Shown here piece by piece: positions 16,740 through 30,735 of a stretch of DNA of 64,000 nucleotides (the first letter of the stretch is position 1; the number at the start of each line of letters is the position of its first letter). Under the pieces are notes generated by a model. The model was given only the letters and a program-made list of their open reading frames with translations, was not told the DNA's origin and did no database searches. The DNA is from Amoebidium appalachense (Eukaryota; Protista; Ichthyosporea). The DNA lies in contig CAVNZM010000006.1 in the NCBI GenBank assembly GCA_963693365.1, positions 124,001 to 188,000 on the forward strand. Reading direction: 5' to 3'. Made by a program: the position numbers and the translations under genes.

Positions 16740-17200
16740 TGCTTTGCACACACACCACACACGGGAATGCAAACGTGCATGGCGCGCACACACAAACAAA
16801 AAGCATTGCACACGCATCAATTGTGTTGCGTGTAAATACAAAACTTGCACTGCGCACACACGGAAACTTGTGTTGCATGCAGAAAAAAAAAAAGAACTTG
16901 CATTGCATGCGCACATGCACACCCATAAACAAAAAACTTGCATTGCGCGCACACATGCACACACATAAGCAAAAAACTTGGGTTGCGCGCGCACATGCAC
17001 GTAAACACAAAACTTGCATTACGTGCACAAATGCACACACGTAAACAAAAAACGTCCATTGCACGCACTACACACACACTGTTGTTTTTGCACATCAACA
17101 CACACATGCACTATTTGCACATCAACACACACATGCACTATTCGCTTTGCACGTGCAAGACTCAACTGCGCACATTTTTTATCTGCAAAAACACACGTGC
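16740..17200. repeat. Degenerate ~40 bp tandem repeat
   Basis: Recurring AAAACTTGCATTGCGCGCACACATGCACAC..TAAACAAAA variants. Confidence 0.7.
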
Positions 17201-17377
17201 ATTTGTCTTCCCCCCCCCCCCCCCACCCCCACCCTTAACACGCACAGGCACGACATAGCGGCCCTGCATGCATTAGGTCTTATAATTTCCCTTGCCCATG
17301 CATTCTTGATATGCATGTCCGCCTTTGCGTCCCCGTACCTCCCCTCCCACCTGGCCCCCCCCCCCCCCCCCCCCCCC

Positions 17378-17628
17378 TACTGCCCTTGCCTGCATAAGTA
17401 ACCCTGCTCGTCTCTGATCAAGACGGGTGACCTACCCATGTTCAAATGAAACAGTATCTGAGTTGGGTTTCGTTAACGAGATGAATAGGTCGAAACTCGG
17501 GTACTGTGGATGACGTGGGCCCCCCTGAGGATGGGCTATGCATACTCTTTATGTATGGCTTGCATTCTGCATTCTACATGGTGTTATCCGTTGTTCTTGT
17601 GTACTTCGTACTTTATGACGCATTCAAA
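17378..17628 (+). mobile_element. Poly-C-associated element, subfamily A, near-full ~250 bp copy
   Basis: Cn-TACTGCCCTTGCCTGCATAAGTAACCCTGCTCGTCTCTGATCAAGACGGGTGACCTACCC...GACGCATTCAAA-Cn; collinear with 20826-21089. Confidence 0.9.
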
Positions 17629-17832
17629 CCCCCCACCCCCCTCCCCCTCCCTCCCCCTCTTCCCCCCCACACGCCCACACCCACACGTGTTGCGCCCAAG
17701 AGTACCCTCTCTGCCCGGCTGCAATCCACACTGCCTCCCCCCCCCCACCCATCCACATGCACAGTGTCACATGCGATGGCCCCCTCCCCTCTACCATCCA
17801 CAACGTCATGCCAACAGGTATGTGCCAGTCCC

Positions 17833-17889
<57 letters not shown>

Positions 17890-18303
17890 ACCCACCCACC
17901 CACCAACCCACCCCACACCACCCCACTCACCCACCCACCCATCATTCTCTGCCAGTGTTTTGCACCTGTTCTTGTGTTGGGTGTATCAAAGCGCTTACTC
18001 CTGTTGTCAAACCCCCTTCTGCCTTGTGCTTCCACGTGATTATGCTGCCCACACACATACTTTCACCATGCTTGGGTACCTATGCATATGCCATGTGTAC
18101 GTGTGCAAAATTTGCATCAGTGCTATGCCCAATTGTTGTTTCCCCCCCCCCCCCCCCCCCCCCCCCCCCCACCACCACCACCACCACCGGCCACCACAAC
18201 ACACACATGCATCTCCCTCCCTACATGCCAATCCACCACCCGCTCCCTACGTGTTGCCATACAAGTGATAACTCACTGCTCAGTGAAGAGAGGGAAGTGG
18301 TGT

Positions 18304-18350
<47 letters not shown>

Positions 18351-18686
18351 ACACGCACAAACACACACGCACACACACACACACACACACACAGTGAGAG
18401 AGAGAGACAGACACGCACACATGCACACACACAAAACACACACACAAACACATGCAAACACATGCGCGCACACGCACGTACACACACACACCCGCGCACA
18501 CATGCACACGCGCGCACACACACACTACACACACACCACACACACACACAACACACACACGAAGTATCACACACACACACAACACACACACGAAGTATCA
18601 CACACACACACACACACCTACACACATATACATAAACAAAACACACACAAACACGCAGTGATGTGCACACGCGCACATAGACATGC

Positions 18687-18734
<48 letters not shown>

Positions 18735-18859
18735 TCCACCTCCCCCCCCCCCACACACACATCCACCCCCCACCCCCCCCACACACACACACAACACACA
18801 CATTCTGAATTTCTCTGTCCCGTTCTCCCTTCCGTCCTTTAGAACCGGGGGGAGGGGAG

Positions 18860-18892
<33 letters not shown>

Positions 18893-19146
18893 TTGCCGGT
18901 GGGACTCAATCGGTAAAATCCAACCCCCCCCCCCCCCCCCCCCACTCCCCTCCCCCCGGTTCTCAAAGGACCCCACCCTCTCGGTTGGTGTCTTATATTC
19001 GTATATGCTCTACCCCTCCCCGCCCCCCTCCCCCCCCCAATATCCTCTCCTCCTCCCCCTTCTCTCTGTTCCCTGATCCCACACCCATTGCTGCCCACAG
19101 TCCATAGCCGCATGAACCACATGCACGCGTACAACCACACCTAAAA

Positions 19147-19182
<36 letters not shown>

Positions 19183-19651
19183 GCGCACACACCACACTGA
19201 CCCACCCACCTACCCACCGACACACACACACACACAGGAAACACACACATTCTCTGCCCACCAGTTCTCCCCTCCGTCTTTCAAAGTTAGCGGCTTGGGA
19301 CTTACGGTTACAACCCCCCCCCTTCATCCCCGCAGTTCCCCAACCCCTCGTCTCAGAGGTCTCATAATATCCGTACATGTCCCTCCGCGTCCCCCCTCCT
19401 CCCCCCCGTGCACCCCCCCCCCCTCCCCTCCCCTCCCCTTGCCCCTCTCTGCTCTCTCTTCCCTGCCCCCCCCCCCCACACCCATTGCTGGCCACTGACC
19501 AACCATATGGGCCACGTGCAGGGTGCTGCATGTTGGCTGGGTGCAGGTGTGGGCGCATGGGTCTGGTGAAGGGTGTGTAGGCCAAGGCAGAGCACACACT
19601 AGAACATGTGCGCGCATGCATACCCGCAACGCACACACACACACAGCACAG

Positions 19652-19717
<66 letters not shown>

Positions 19718-19907
19718 TAGAGAGAGAGACATATACACACACAGAGGCATACACACACAGGCAGACATAAACATGAGCCTGTTAACATGCACCCACACGG
19801 ACAGATGGCCTGCACACACACGGACACTACATACCCACACATACCGTCGCACACATGCACCCGAGACAACTATAAACACACACCTGCACACGCAGACAGC
19901 TTTTTAC

Positions 19908-19943
<36 letters not shown>

Positions 19944-20190
19944 TGCTCGCATGAGTAAGCCTTCTCGTCTTTGATCAAAACGGGTGACCCACCCATGTTC
20001 AAGTGAAGCAGTATCTGAGTTGAGTTTAGTTGTAGTTGACGAGGTGAATGGGCCGAAGCTCGGGTGGGAGACTTGGGCCCCCCAGAGGATGTGCTCTGCT
20101 GATGATGCACGTTCTAGCTATTTGCTCTGCAACTTCTGCATTGTGTTTTCGTCGTAAATACATACTTGGTGCTCTGTAGCACATGGTAAA
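19944..20190 (+). mobile_element. Poly-C-associated element, diverged copy
   Basis: CTCGTCTTTGATCAAAACGGGTGACCCACCCATGTTCAAGTGAAGCAGTATCTGAGTT...GGGCCCCCCAGAGGATG...ACATGGTAAA-Cn, between C runs. Confidence 0.8.
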
Positions 20191-20825
20191 CCCCCCCCTC
20201 CCCCCTCCCCCCTTCCCCCCCACACAACACACACAAGTGAACACACTTGCACCCTTACGCACAGGAGCACACGTGTACACATAGGCTTCCAAACAGATCC
20301 AACACACACGCATACTATACACACGCACGCAGGCACATGCACGCACGAACATATGCATACACACATGCACATATGCGCGCACCCACACACACACACACAC
20401 ACACACACGCACGCACACGCATGCACACACACACACGCGCACACCGTGGCACAGGCATTATGCAGAGAAACATGCGCGCACACACACAGAACCTCAGAAA
20501 CACACACACACACTTTCTTACGCAAACACATACAAACACATCCACACACATATGGACACAACGTTGACACACGGGCACACACATGCACAAGCACACATTG
20601 GACCGAGTTACACACACACACACACACACATACCTCCTGCCCCCCCCGCCCCCCCCCATTGCGAATTCTGCGGCCTTCGGGACTTAATTCTTTTCAGCTG
20701 GTGTAGTATGTTAGCCAGGGAAGTATCGACTTAGGTAGCGACGGGGGAGCTTCCTAGAAGCCCCGTCTCCTGAGTTCCTATCTATATTTTTCTTGCTTCT
20801 GCTTACTGCTGCAACTTTAACCCCC

Positions 20826-21089
20826 GGCCTTTCCCACTGCCCTTGCCTGCATAAGCAACCCTGCTCGTCTCTGATCAAGACGGGTGACCTACCCATGTTC
20901 AAGTGAAACAGTATCTGAGTTGGGTTTCGTTAACGAGGTGAATAGGTCGAAACTCGGGTACTGTGGATGACGTGGGCCCCCCCTGAGGATGGGCTCTGCT
21001 TATTATGCATACTCTTTATGTATGGCTTGCATTCTGCATCGTGTTATCCGTTTGTTCTTGTGTACTTCGTACTTTTTGACGCATTCAAA
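20826..21089 (+). mobile_element. Poly-C-associated element, subfamily A, longest copy (~265 bp)
   Basis: Complete structured core plus 3' tail ending GACGCATTCAAA-Cn. Confidence 0.9.
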
Positions 21090-21914
21090 CCCCCCCCCCC
21101 CACCCTTCCGTTCCACCATGCATGCAGACATTGGACAGATATACACAAACAGCTGCGCACACCCACCCACCCCACCCCTCCTTCCCCCCCCTTCCATCTC
21201 CTAATCCCCCCCCCCTCTCCCCGCCCCCCGCCTCCTATGCACATACACACATTGGCCAGACACACAGAGACACACACACGGCTACACACTGCACCGACCC
21301 GAACCCCCCCCCCCCCCCCCCCCCCATCACCACACACACACACACACCCGGAGGGGCTTCCGCACCTCTCTCCCCACCACTCCCATCTCTCAGTGACTAC
21401 CACCTGCGATCCAAAGCATGTGTAATCCTCGATGCCTGCAACAGTGTGGTCTGATTGGTCCATTGCCTTGGTGTTGCAGCATGAGGGTGGGGCATGCCTG
21501 GCAGCCAATGTGCTTTGACGGTTAAAATGAAAAGATCAAGTATAAGCCGAGTCTTGTGCATTCTAGGCGCTTGTGGAAAGCGGCTTCAAGCATATAAACG
21601 TGCTTCCTTGGTCGGTGCGTTTACATACCCCCTCCCCCCACACACATCCCCCCCCCCCCCCTTGCGAGCCCAGCCCAAAACCTTCATGGGTCATACACTC
21701 CTAGAGAGATACACACACACACACAGACACAAACAAACCCACCCAGCCACCCCCCCCCCCCCCACACACACACACACACACGTGCGCGAACTAAGAAGCG
21801 GACACACAGACAAACAGTGTCACATACATCCACATGTGCACACACACATACACACAGACATCACTGCTGTATGCGCGAATACACACACCACATAACTAGA
21901 CACACGCACGCACG

Positions 21915-22026
<112 letters not shown>

Positions 22027-22237
22027 TGTGTGCAAAACCACAAATACATGCGCGCACACCACACAGACTGCACACGCACACACTTTTGGCAGACACACAA
22101 ACCTGCTTTTCCTTCCCCTCCCCCCCTTCCCCCCCCCTCCCCCCCCCCCCCCCCCCCAGCTTCTCTCCCCCCCCCCCCCCCCCCCCCACCTCGCCTCCTC
22201 CAACCACCCCCCTCTCGATCCCCCCCCCCCCCCCCCC

Positions 22238-23342
22238 GTATATACGCGGGCTAAGGGGTCGAAACTCAGACGCAATTGATGACTTGGGTCCTCCCTGAGG
22301 ATGGGCTCTGCTTATGACGCATACTGTGCACATGGCTGATGTTGCATACTTGAATGTTTGCCTTTGCATGTGTCCTGCACCATGCTTCTCGTCGTGTATG
22401 CGTACTTTGTACCGTGTTCCGCATTCAAAACCCCCCCAGTCTTCTTTCAGAGGTGTCCTTTCAGGACAGACCACTGTGTGGAGACCGCTTTACTTCCATG
22501 CAACCGGGCATGGTTGCTCTGTGTCGTGCATCTGTAAGCACATCCACATTTTTCGCTGCACTGCATTAGTTTGCACACACATCTTCACCGTTTTGCTCAC
22601 CTTGCTTGCATAAGCAACCCTGCTCGTCTTTGATCAAGACGGGTTGACCCGCCCAAGCTCAGTTGATGCTGCTGTCTGAGTTGGAGTGTCGTATATACGC
22701 GGGCTAAGGGGTCGAAACTCAGACGCAATTGATGACTTGGGTCCTCCCTGAGGATGGGCTCTGCTTATGACGCATACTGTGCACATGGCTGATGTTGCAT
22801 ACTTGAATGTTTGCCTTTGCATGTGTCCTGCACCATGCTTCTCGTCGTGTATGCGTACTTTGTACCGTGTTCCGCATTCAAAACCCCCCCAGTCTTCTTT
22901 CAGAGGTGTCCTTTCAGGACAGACCACTGTGTGGAGACCGCTTTACTTCCATGCAACCGGGCATGGTTGCTCTGTGTCGTGCATCTGTAAGCACATCCAC
23001 ATTTTTCGCTGCACTGCATTAGTTTGCACACACATCTTCACCGTTTTGCTCACCTTGCTTGCATAAGCAACCCTGCTCGTCTTTGATCAAGACGGGTTGA
23101 CCCGCCCAAGCTCAGTTGATGCTGCTGTCTGAGTTGGAGTGTCGTATATACGCGGGCTAAGGGGTCGAAACTCAGACGCAATTGATGACTTGGGTCCTCC
23201 CTGAGGATGGGCTCTGCTTATGACGCATACTGTGCACATGGCTGATGTTGCATACTTGAATGTTTGCCTTTGCATGTGTCCTGCACCATGCTTCTCGTCG
23301 TGTATGCGTACTTTGTACCGTGTTCCGCATTCAAAACCCCCC
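22238..23342 (+). mobile_element. Poly-C-associated element, subfamily B, head-to-tail multimer (~2.4 units of 453 bp)
   Basis: C-run junctions start at 22431, 22884 and 23337 (period 453). Units look identical, the first is 5'-truncated, and the left flank is a C run. Confidence 0.93.
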
Positions 23343-23833
23343 TCCACACACACACACACACACGCACACACACACACAATTGCCCCCACCCCTCTCCTTA
23401 CACACGCAGCTATGGCCATATGATTGCTCCCAGTCTAGCAGCAAGCACAGCACACACCATGCAACATAATGCACGGAATCCACAAAACACATTTTTGGTT
23501 GAAAATCCGATCCAGTTGCAGCAGTCTCCACCGGCCCCGGTGGGAAGGATAAACCTGAATTTGTGCTGGTGGCATGATCACAGGCCCCGGGGTGATAGGG
23601 GAGATGGTGGGGTTGCAGGGTGTGCGGGCGGGGTGGCGGGAGAATGGGGGAGGGGGGAGGGGGAGGGCCGGGATGGGTGGGGAGGGGAGCGGGGAGGGAG
23701 GGGGGATGGGGAGGGGGTTGCAGCAGTCGACACCACTTGTAGGTACGAAGATTTTCAATGTGGCAGGATTCAGATAAAAAATCCGGATACACGCGGAGAG
23801 AGGTACGGTTGGGAATTGCAATATTGGGTGGTT

Positions 23834-23880
<47 letters not shown>

Positions 23881-24643
23881 GTGGGGGGGAGGGGAAAAGG
23901 GGGGGTACTGACATACTAGCAGGGTATCTGGCGGGCATGCGGCTGGTCGGACATGTTGACTCAGTATGCAGTTTGGATTGTTGGGGGAGGATGTAGGGAG
24001 GGGGTGGGGAGAGCGTTGGGTGGTTGCATATAGACAGCAGAAGGATGTGGTGGTGGTGGTGGTGGTGGTGGAGGGGGGTGGGGGGGAGGGGAGAGGCCCG
24101 GGAGGAGGGAGGGGGGGGGGGGGGGGAGGGAAGCCCGTGTGTATATATGGACGTGCTAATCGGTGGGTGTGTGCTGTGTAAGGATTGGTGGCAGTGTCGG
24201 GCAATGCTTAAAGGGATTGGTGTGTCACGTTTGATGTTGGTGGGTGGGTGTCTACATAAATCGGGAATGAAGGGGGGGGGGGGGGGGGGGGGGGGGTCGT
24301 GTATCGATCGAATAAATGATAAGAATATGGAGCGTGTCAGAACATACGAGGCTATAAATAGATGTTATACCATATCATGGGGAAATGCAAAGCACCGGTT
24401 CCCTCAGGCATGTGGTTGCTTCCCTACAGATTATTGGGCTGAGTAGGCATGCAAATGGTTCATGCAATCCAATAAGAATTAAAATCAAAAAAAACGGAAT
24501 ATAACTTGATGATTGGTTGATTCGCTTTATTGTTTCGGCCGCGTTTCGATTCGGTTTGAACCGTGATGCAACAGTTCAACTTGCCCTATGTTTTGGTGGC
24601 TTGCTTTGTGTGCAGTGCATTGAAGTGTGTTGACTGAGTGTTG

Positions 24644-24724
24644 GATACTTTATGGGTGGGATGTGGCATCGCGGAAGTCGGCCGATACTTTATGGGTGGG
24701 ATGTGGCATCGCGGAAGTCGGCCG
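24644..24724. repeat. ~40 bp direct duplication
   Basis: GATACTTTATGGGTGGGATGTGGCATCGCGGAAGTCGGCC occurs twice in tandem. Confidence 0.85.
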
Positions 24725-25199
24725 AACGGGCTGTGGGATTTTTGGGTAGACTCTAGAGCAGCTGCTTTCATGGGGTGTGTGTGTGTTTGGGGGGGGGAGG
24801 GGGGATTGGTGCAGAAGCACGAGAAGCTAATCTTGAAGCTTTTGCATGAGTTACTATAGCTACACGTCCAGATGGTAAAGTTTGAAAACAGACATGTCCA
24901 GAGCATTGCAAATGCCGCTGGTTTGGGTGGTAGATCGATTTGCCAGCCTGTCGCATGATTGGATAAAGGTGGAAGCGCCCCAATCAGTTTACGTGGTTGC
25001 AGCGGCAGCAGCGCCCATAACCTGGAGTGTTGATTGGAGCGCCTTCAATTGGGCAATCAGAGTTTGGATGAAATAGCAAATCTGTACTGTAATGCTCTAG
25101 AGTAAGAGAAGAGCTTCTGGTAGATATGCCTGCACGAAGGAGGATGTGGCACTGGGAGAGCGGAAGAACTCTGTGCGTGTGTGTGTGTGTGTGTGGGGT

Positions 25200-25234
<35 letters not shown>

Positions 25235-25492
25235 GGGGGGGGGGGGGGGGGGGGACCCACAGCCAAAACAAACTGAATGATCGTGGATTTCAGGCCGGGA
25301 GAGCAGTACAACGTGTGGTTTGGGGGGATATGGGGCAAGGGTGGGAAGGAGGGGTAGATATATAAGGGTGTGTAAGGGGGAGTGTCCTGGCAGTGATTGC
25401 TAGTGTGTGCACGTGGGCACGAGTGTGCTGCTTTTGGGCTCCGGGAAAGGGTGGGGTGGGTGGGTGGGTGGGTGGCGGTGGTGGTGGTGGGT

Positions 25493-25539
<47 letters not shown>

Positions 25540-26395
25540 AGGTGAAGGGAGAGGGGACGAGAAATTATGGGATTGAGCAATTGATGAGGGCAGGAGCCGA
25601 AGGACGCGTGGAAAGGGGGGGGGGGGGGGGGGGGGGGGGGGGGAGGGGTGGGGAGGGTGGATACAGCTGCTTTTGATGTTAGAATTCAAAGGCTGGAGTT
25701 TTCTGCAATAAGTCTTTTTCAAAATCATTGTGTGTGTATGTCTGTGTGTGTGCGTGTGACACTGTGGGGTGGGGGTGGGGTTGCACGTATATGTGTGTGT
25801 TGGGGGGGCTTTTGTTTTGCTCTGCTATCCAAATACGATTTTTTGTTGTCGTATGAAGTTTATTGGGCATGCATGTGCAAACAGATTTGCACTCAAATCT
25901 GCACACAGTGCAGGCACCTGACACCGAAGAACGAGTCATGTTACGGTTTCTTCACACACTGGCTAACACCAATTTCACAGGCTCGGCTAAAAGTAAATAG
26001 CGAGTATTCTATTCACATAATGCATAATGTTACCGAATACACAGACTCACTTTCAATTAAGCTAATGAATAACTCAAAACATCCTCACTTTGCAGGGACT
26101 TAAAGGTTGTGAATAAGTAAAATATGACAAGGAATAAGATGTGAATTTGGTTTAAAGACAGGCCAAATTGCATTTGTGTCGTAGCAGCACACGGTGGCGA
26201 TTCCATTTACAGCCAGTCCACAGGTGGTCTCGTGGTGAGGTGGGGGGGAGGGGGAAGGAGGAGGAGGAGAAGGAGCGGGGGGAGGGGAGGGGGGGTTGGT
26301 GGGTGAATTTCTTGTTGAGTGGCTCTTAGGCAAATGGTTTGGTGCAAGGGAGTGGGTGGTGCCAGTGCAGGGTGACTGGGACGGAAGGAGTGCCC

Positions 26396-26435
<40 letters not shown>

Positions 26436-26873
26436 CTTGGCATATGGGTTGGTATGCACGTGGTAGTGCACGGGCCCCTGTGAAGTTGCCGTGCACGTGC
26501 TAGGGCATCGATCAATCTGAAGGATGAGGTAGCGCAGTTGTGTTTGTGTGTGTGTGTGTGTACATACGTGTGTGTTTTGTGTGTGTCTGTGTGTGTGTAG
26601 GGGGGAGCGGTGTGTGTGTGTGTGTGTGTGTGTACCGAAGGGGGGGGGGGGAGGTGGGTTGATGTTAGTAGAAATCATTAATGTGACGGGGATCATAGAA
26701 GACTTGCAGAGGCCTGACTGGAGCATGGGGGGGGGGGGGGGGGGGGGGGGGTTGAACGTCAGTCGACAAGCAATGGGCAAAGGATTACTGAGGGGCTAAA
26801 CGCCTGTTCATCACGGTGTGTGTAGTGGTGGGGATACGTGCGTGTATTTTTTTTGGGGGGGGGAGGGGACGAA

Positions 26874-26907
<34 letters not shown>

Positions 26908-27044
26908 GGGGAAGGGAGAGAGCAGGGGGAGTTCAAGTCAAATGTGTGTGTCACGGTGGTGTTAGTGGTGGTGGGGGGGGTTAGCAAGTTTTTTTTGCGG
27001 GGGAAGGGGGGGAGGGGGGGGGGGGGGGGGGGGGGAATGTTTAC

Positions 27045-27116
27045 CTGTGTGCACTGTGTCGGCATCAATTTCCCACCGAGGCGGCACATACTGGCACGGT
27101 ATGAAGTCTGTGGATA
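27045..27116 (-). other. Probable internal exon (72 nt) of an unidentified minus-strand gene
   Basis: Minus strand: CCTGAC branch, pyrimidine tract, CTGCAG acceptor, 72 nt open in two frames, GTAAAC donor. Similar exon-like islands lie near 25.0, 25.7, 27.5, 27.9 and 28.2 kb. Product not recognised. Confidence 0.45.
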
Positions 27117-28101
27117 CTGCAGGAGGGAAGGACGGTCAGGATGGGAATAGCATAACCTGCATGGTCGGATGATGGGTGTGTTGGGAGGGGTGTGGTGGGG
27201 AATGGGGGGGGGGGGGGGGGGAGGGGGGGGGGAGGGGGGGAACACAGTGTATACATGGGCAGGGCCCTGGTGAATTAAAGGGGGAGTAGCATATGTGATG
27301 ATGGGGGAGAGGAAGAGGGGGGGGGGGGGGGGGGGGGGGGGGGGACAGTGGATGTGTGCTGGTGGTGGTGATGGTGACACAGACACACACACCACACCAC
27401 ACACGCACACACACACACACACTGGTGACAAACAGACACTGAAACACCAACTTGAACACGCACGGACACACATGCCAGTCACACGTGGAATTCATTTATT
27501 GCCTCACAATGCCCCTCAGTAAGACTTCCCCTTTGCTTCCTTCCATCATGAATGATTGTTGGCATGAACATACCCACCTTATGTCTCCCTACCACCACTA
27601 TTAAAAGAGGCGGGACTGGGGGCCGGGTGGGTGGGTAGGTGTTTGGGGGGGTGGAGTTGGGGGAGGGGAGGGGGCGGGGGAGGGGGGGAAGGGAGAGAGA
27701 CTCCACACGGGGAGGGGAAAGGGGAGGGGAGGGAGGAGAGTGAGGGCTTCAGAAACTCGAGAGGGGAGATGGGAGTTGGAAAGGGAGAACAATAAACAAC
27801 AAACAAATAAATGAAACCCTGAACCATCATGAATCTAATATAAACACACACACAGCCCTCAGAATCTGCCATACCACACATACACCCACCTTGCACCTGG
27901 CACCCACAGCACTGCGGCCACCTGCCCCTAGGCCCTAGTAGAGGAGCCCATGATTGCAACACCCCCACCCAGGATATTTCAACCTGCTTTTTTTTTTTTT
28001 TTTCCTTTTTTTTTTGTTGGGGTTGGTGGTGGCGGCGGCGGCGGCGGCGGCGGTGGTGGTGGTGGTGGTGGTGGTGGTGGTGGTGGTGGTGGTGGTGGTG
28101 G

Positions 28102-28151
<50 letters not shown>

Positions 28152-28769
28152 GTTAATGACCTCTGAAAAGCAACAGCACCAACGGTAACCGTTACCACAT
28201 GCTTTGCGGCTGCAAGGTCTCAGGAAAAAAAGATGTTTGTGGTCTGCTGAGAACGGTGGTTAGGGCCAGGTGGAGCACTGAGAAGAAGGGGGGAAGAGAG
28301 AGTGGCAAACATCGAGAGGAGGGCACAGTGGTGAGAAAAAGAAACGGAGGGAGGAGAGCTTTGGGGGGAAGGGGGAGAGGGTGGACTCTAAAAACTGTAG
28401 AGAGAGTGGAGAGAGGTGGAGGGAAAGGGAGAGACTGGTAGGGAGGAGGGGAGGACAGGGGAGGAGGAGGAGGAGGGAGGGGGAGGGGGGGGGGGGGGGG
28501 GGGGGAGAGTATTTGAAGAGAGACTCGGATAGGGGATAAGGAAGTGCTAGGTCAGTCTGAGGGAGAGAAAGAAAGAGAAAGAGAGAAGGAGAGCCCCCCC
28601 CCTCCCCCCCCCCCTCAAGGGGGGAGTGGGGAGGGAAGGGGGGAGGGGGGGGGGCTTCGGAGGGCCTTGAGGCCGATACAGAGAGGAGGGAGATAGAGGA
28701 ATGTCATAAAACTCGGAATACATACCGTGCCGCAGTGTGTGTGGGGCCAAAGGGGACCGGGGGGAAGGG

Positions 28770-30735
<1,966 letters not shown>

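Noticed and set aside
17378-17628. tRNA- or 5S-derived SINE head in the element
   Set aside because: No convincing Pol III A/B boxes or cloverleaf seen, and no A-rich tail.
22714-22754. Canonical compact type I, II or III hammerhead
   Set aside because: The ~30 nt between GAAA and CUGAGGA cannot form both stem III and stem I hairpins, and the bases after CUGAGGA give at most 2 bp with those before GAAA. Only the non-canonical model is kept, as a hypothesis.
22314-23066. Duplicated 99 aa ORFs (MTHTVHMADV...) inside the 453 bp unit
   Set aside because: They are not conserved between loci (frames differ at 38.8 kb) or in subfamily A; conservation follows RNA pairing, not codons.
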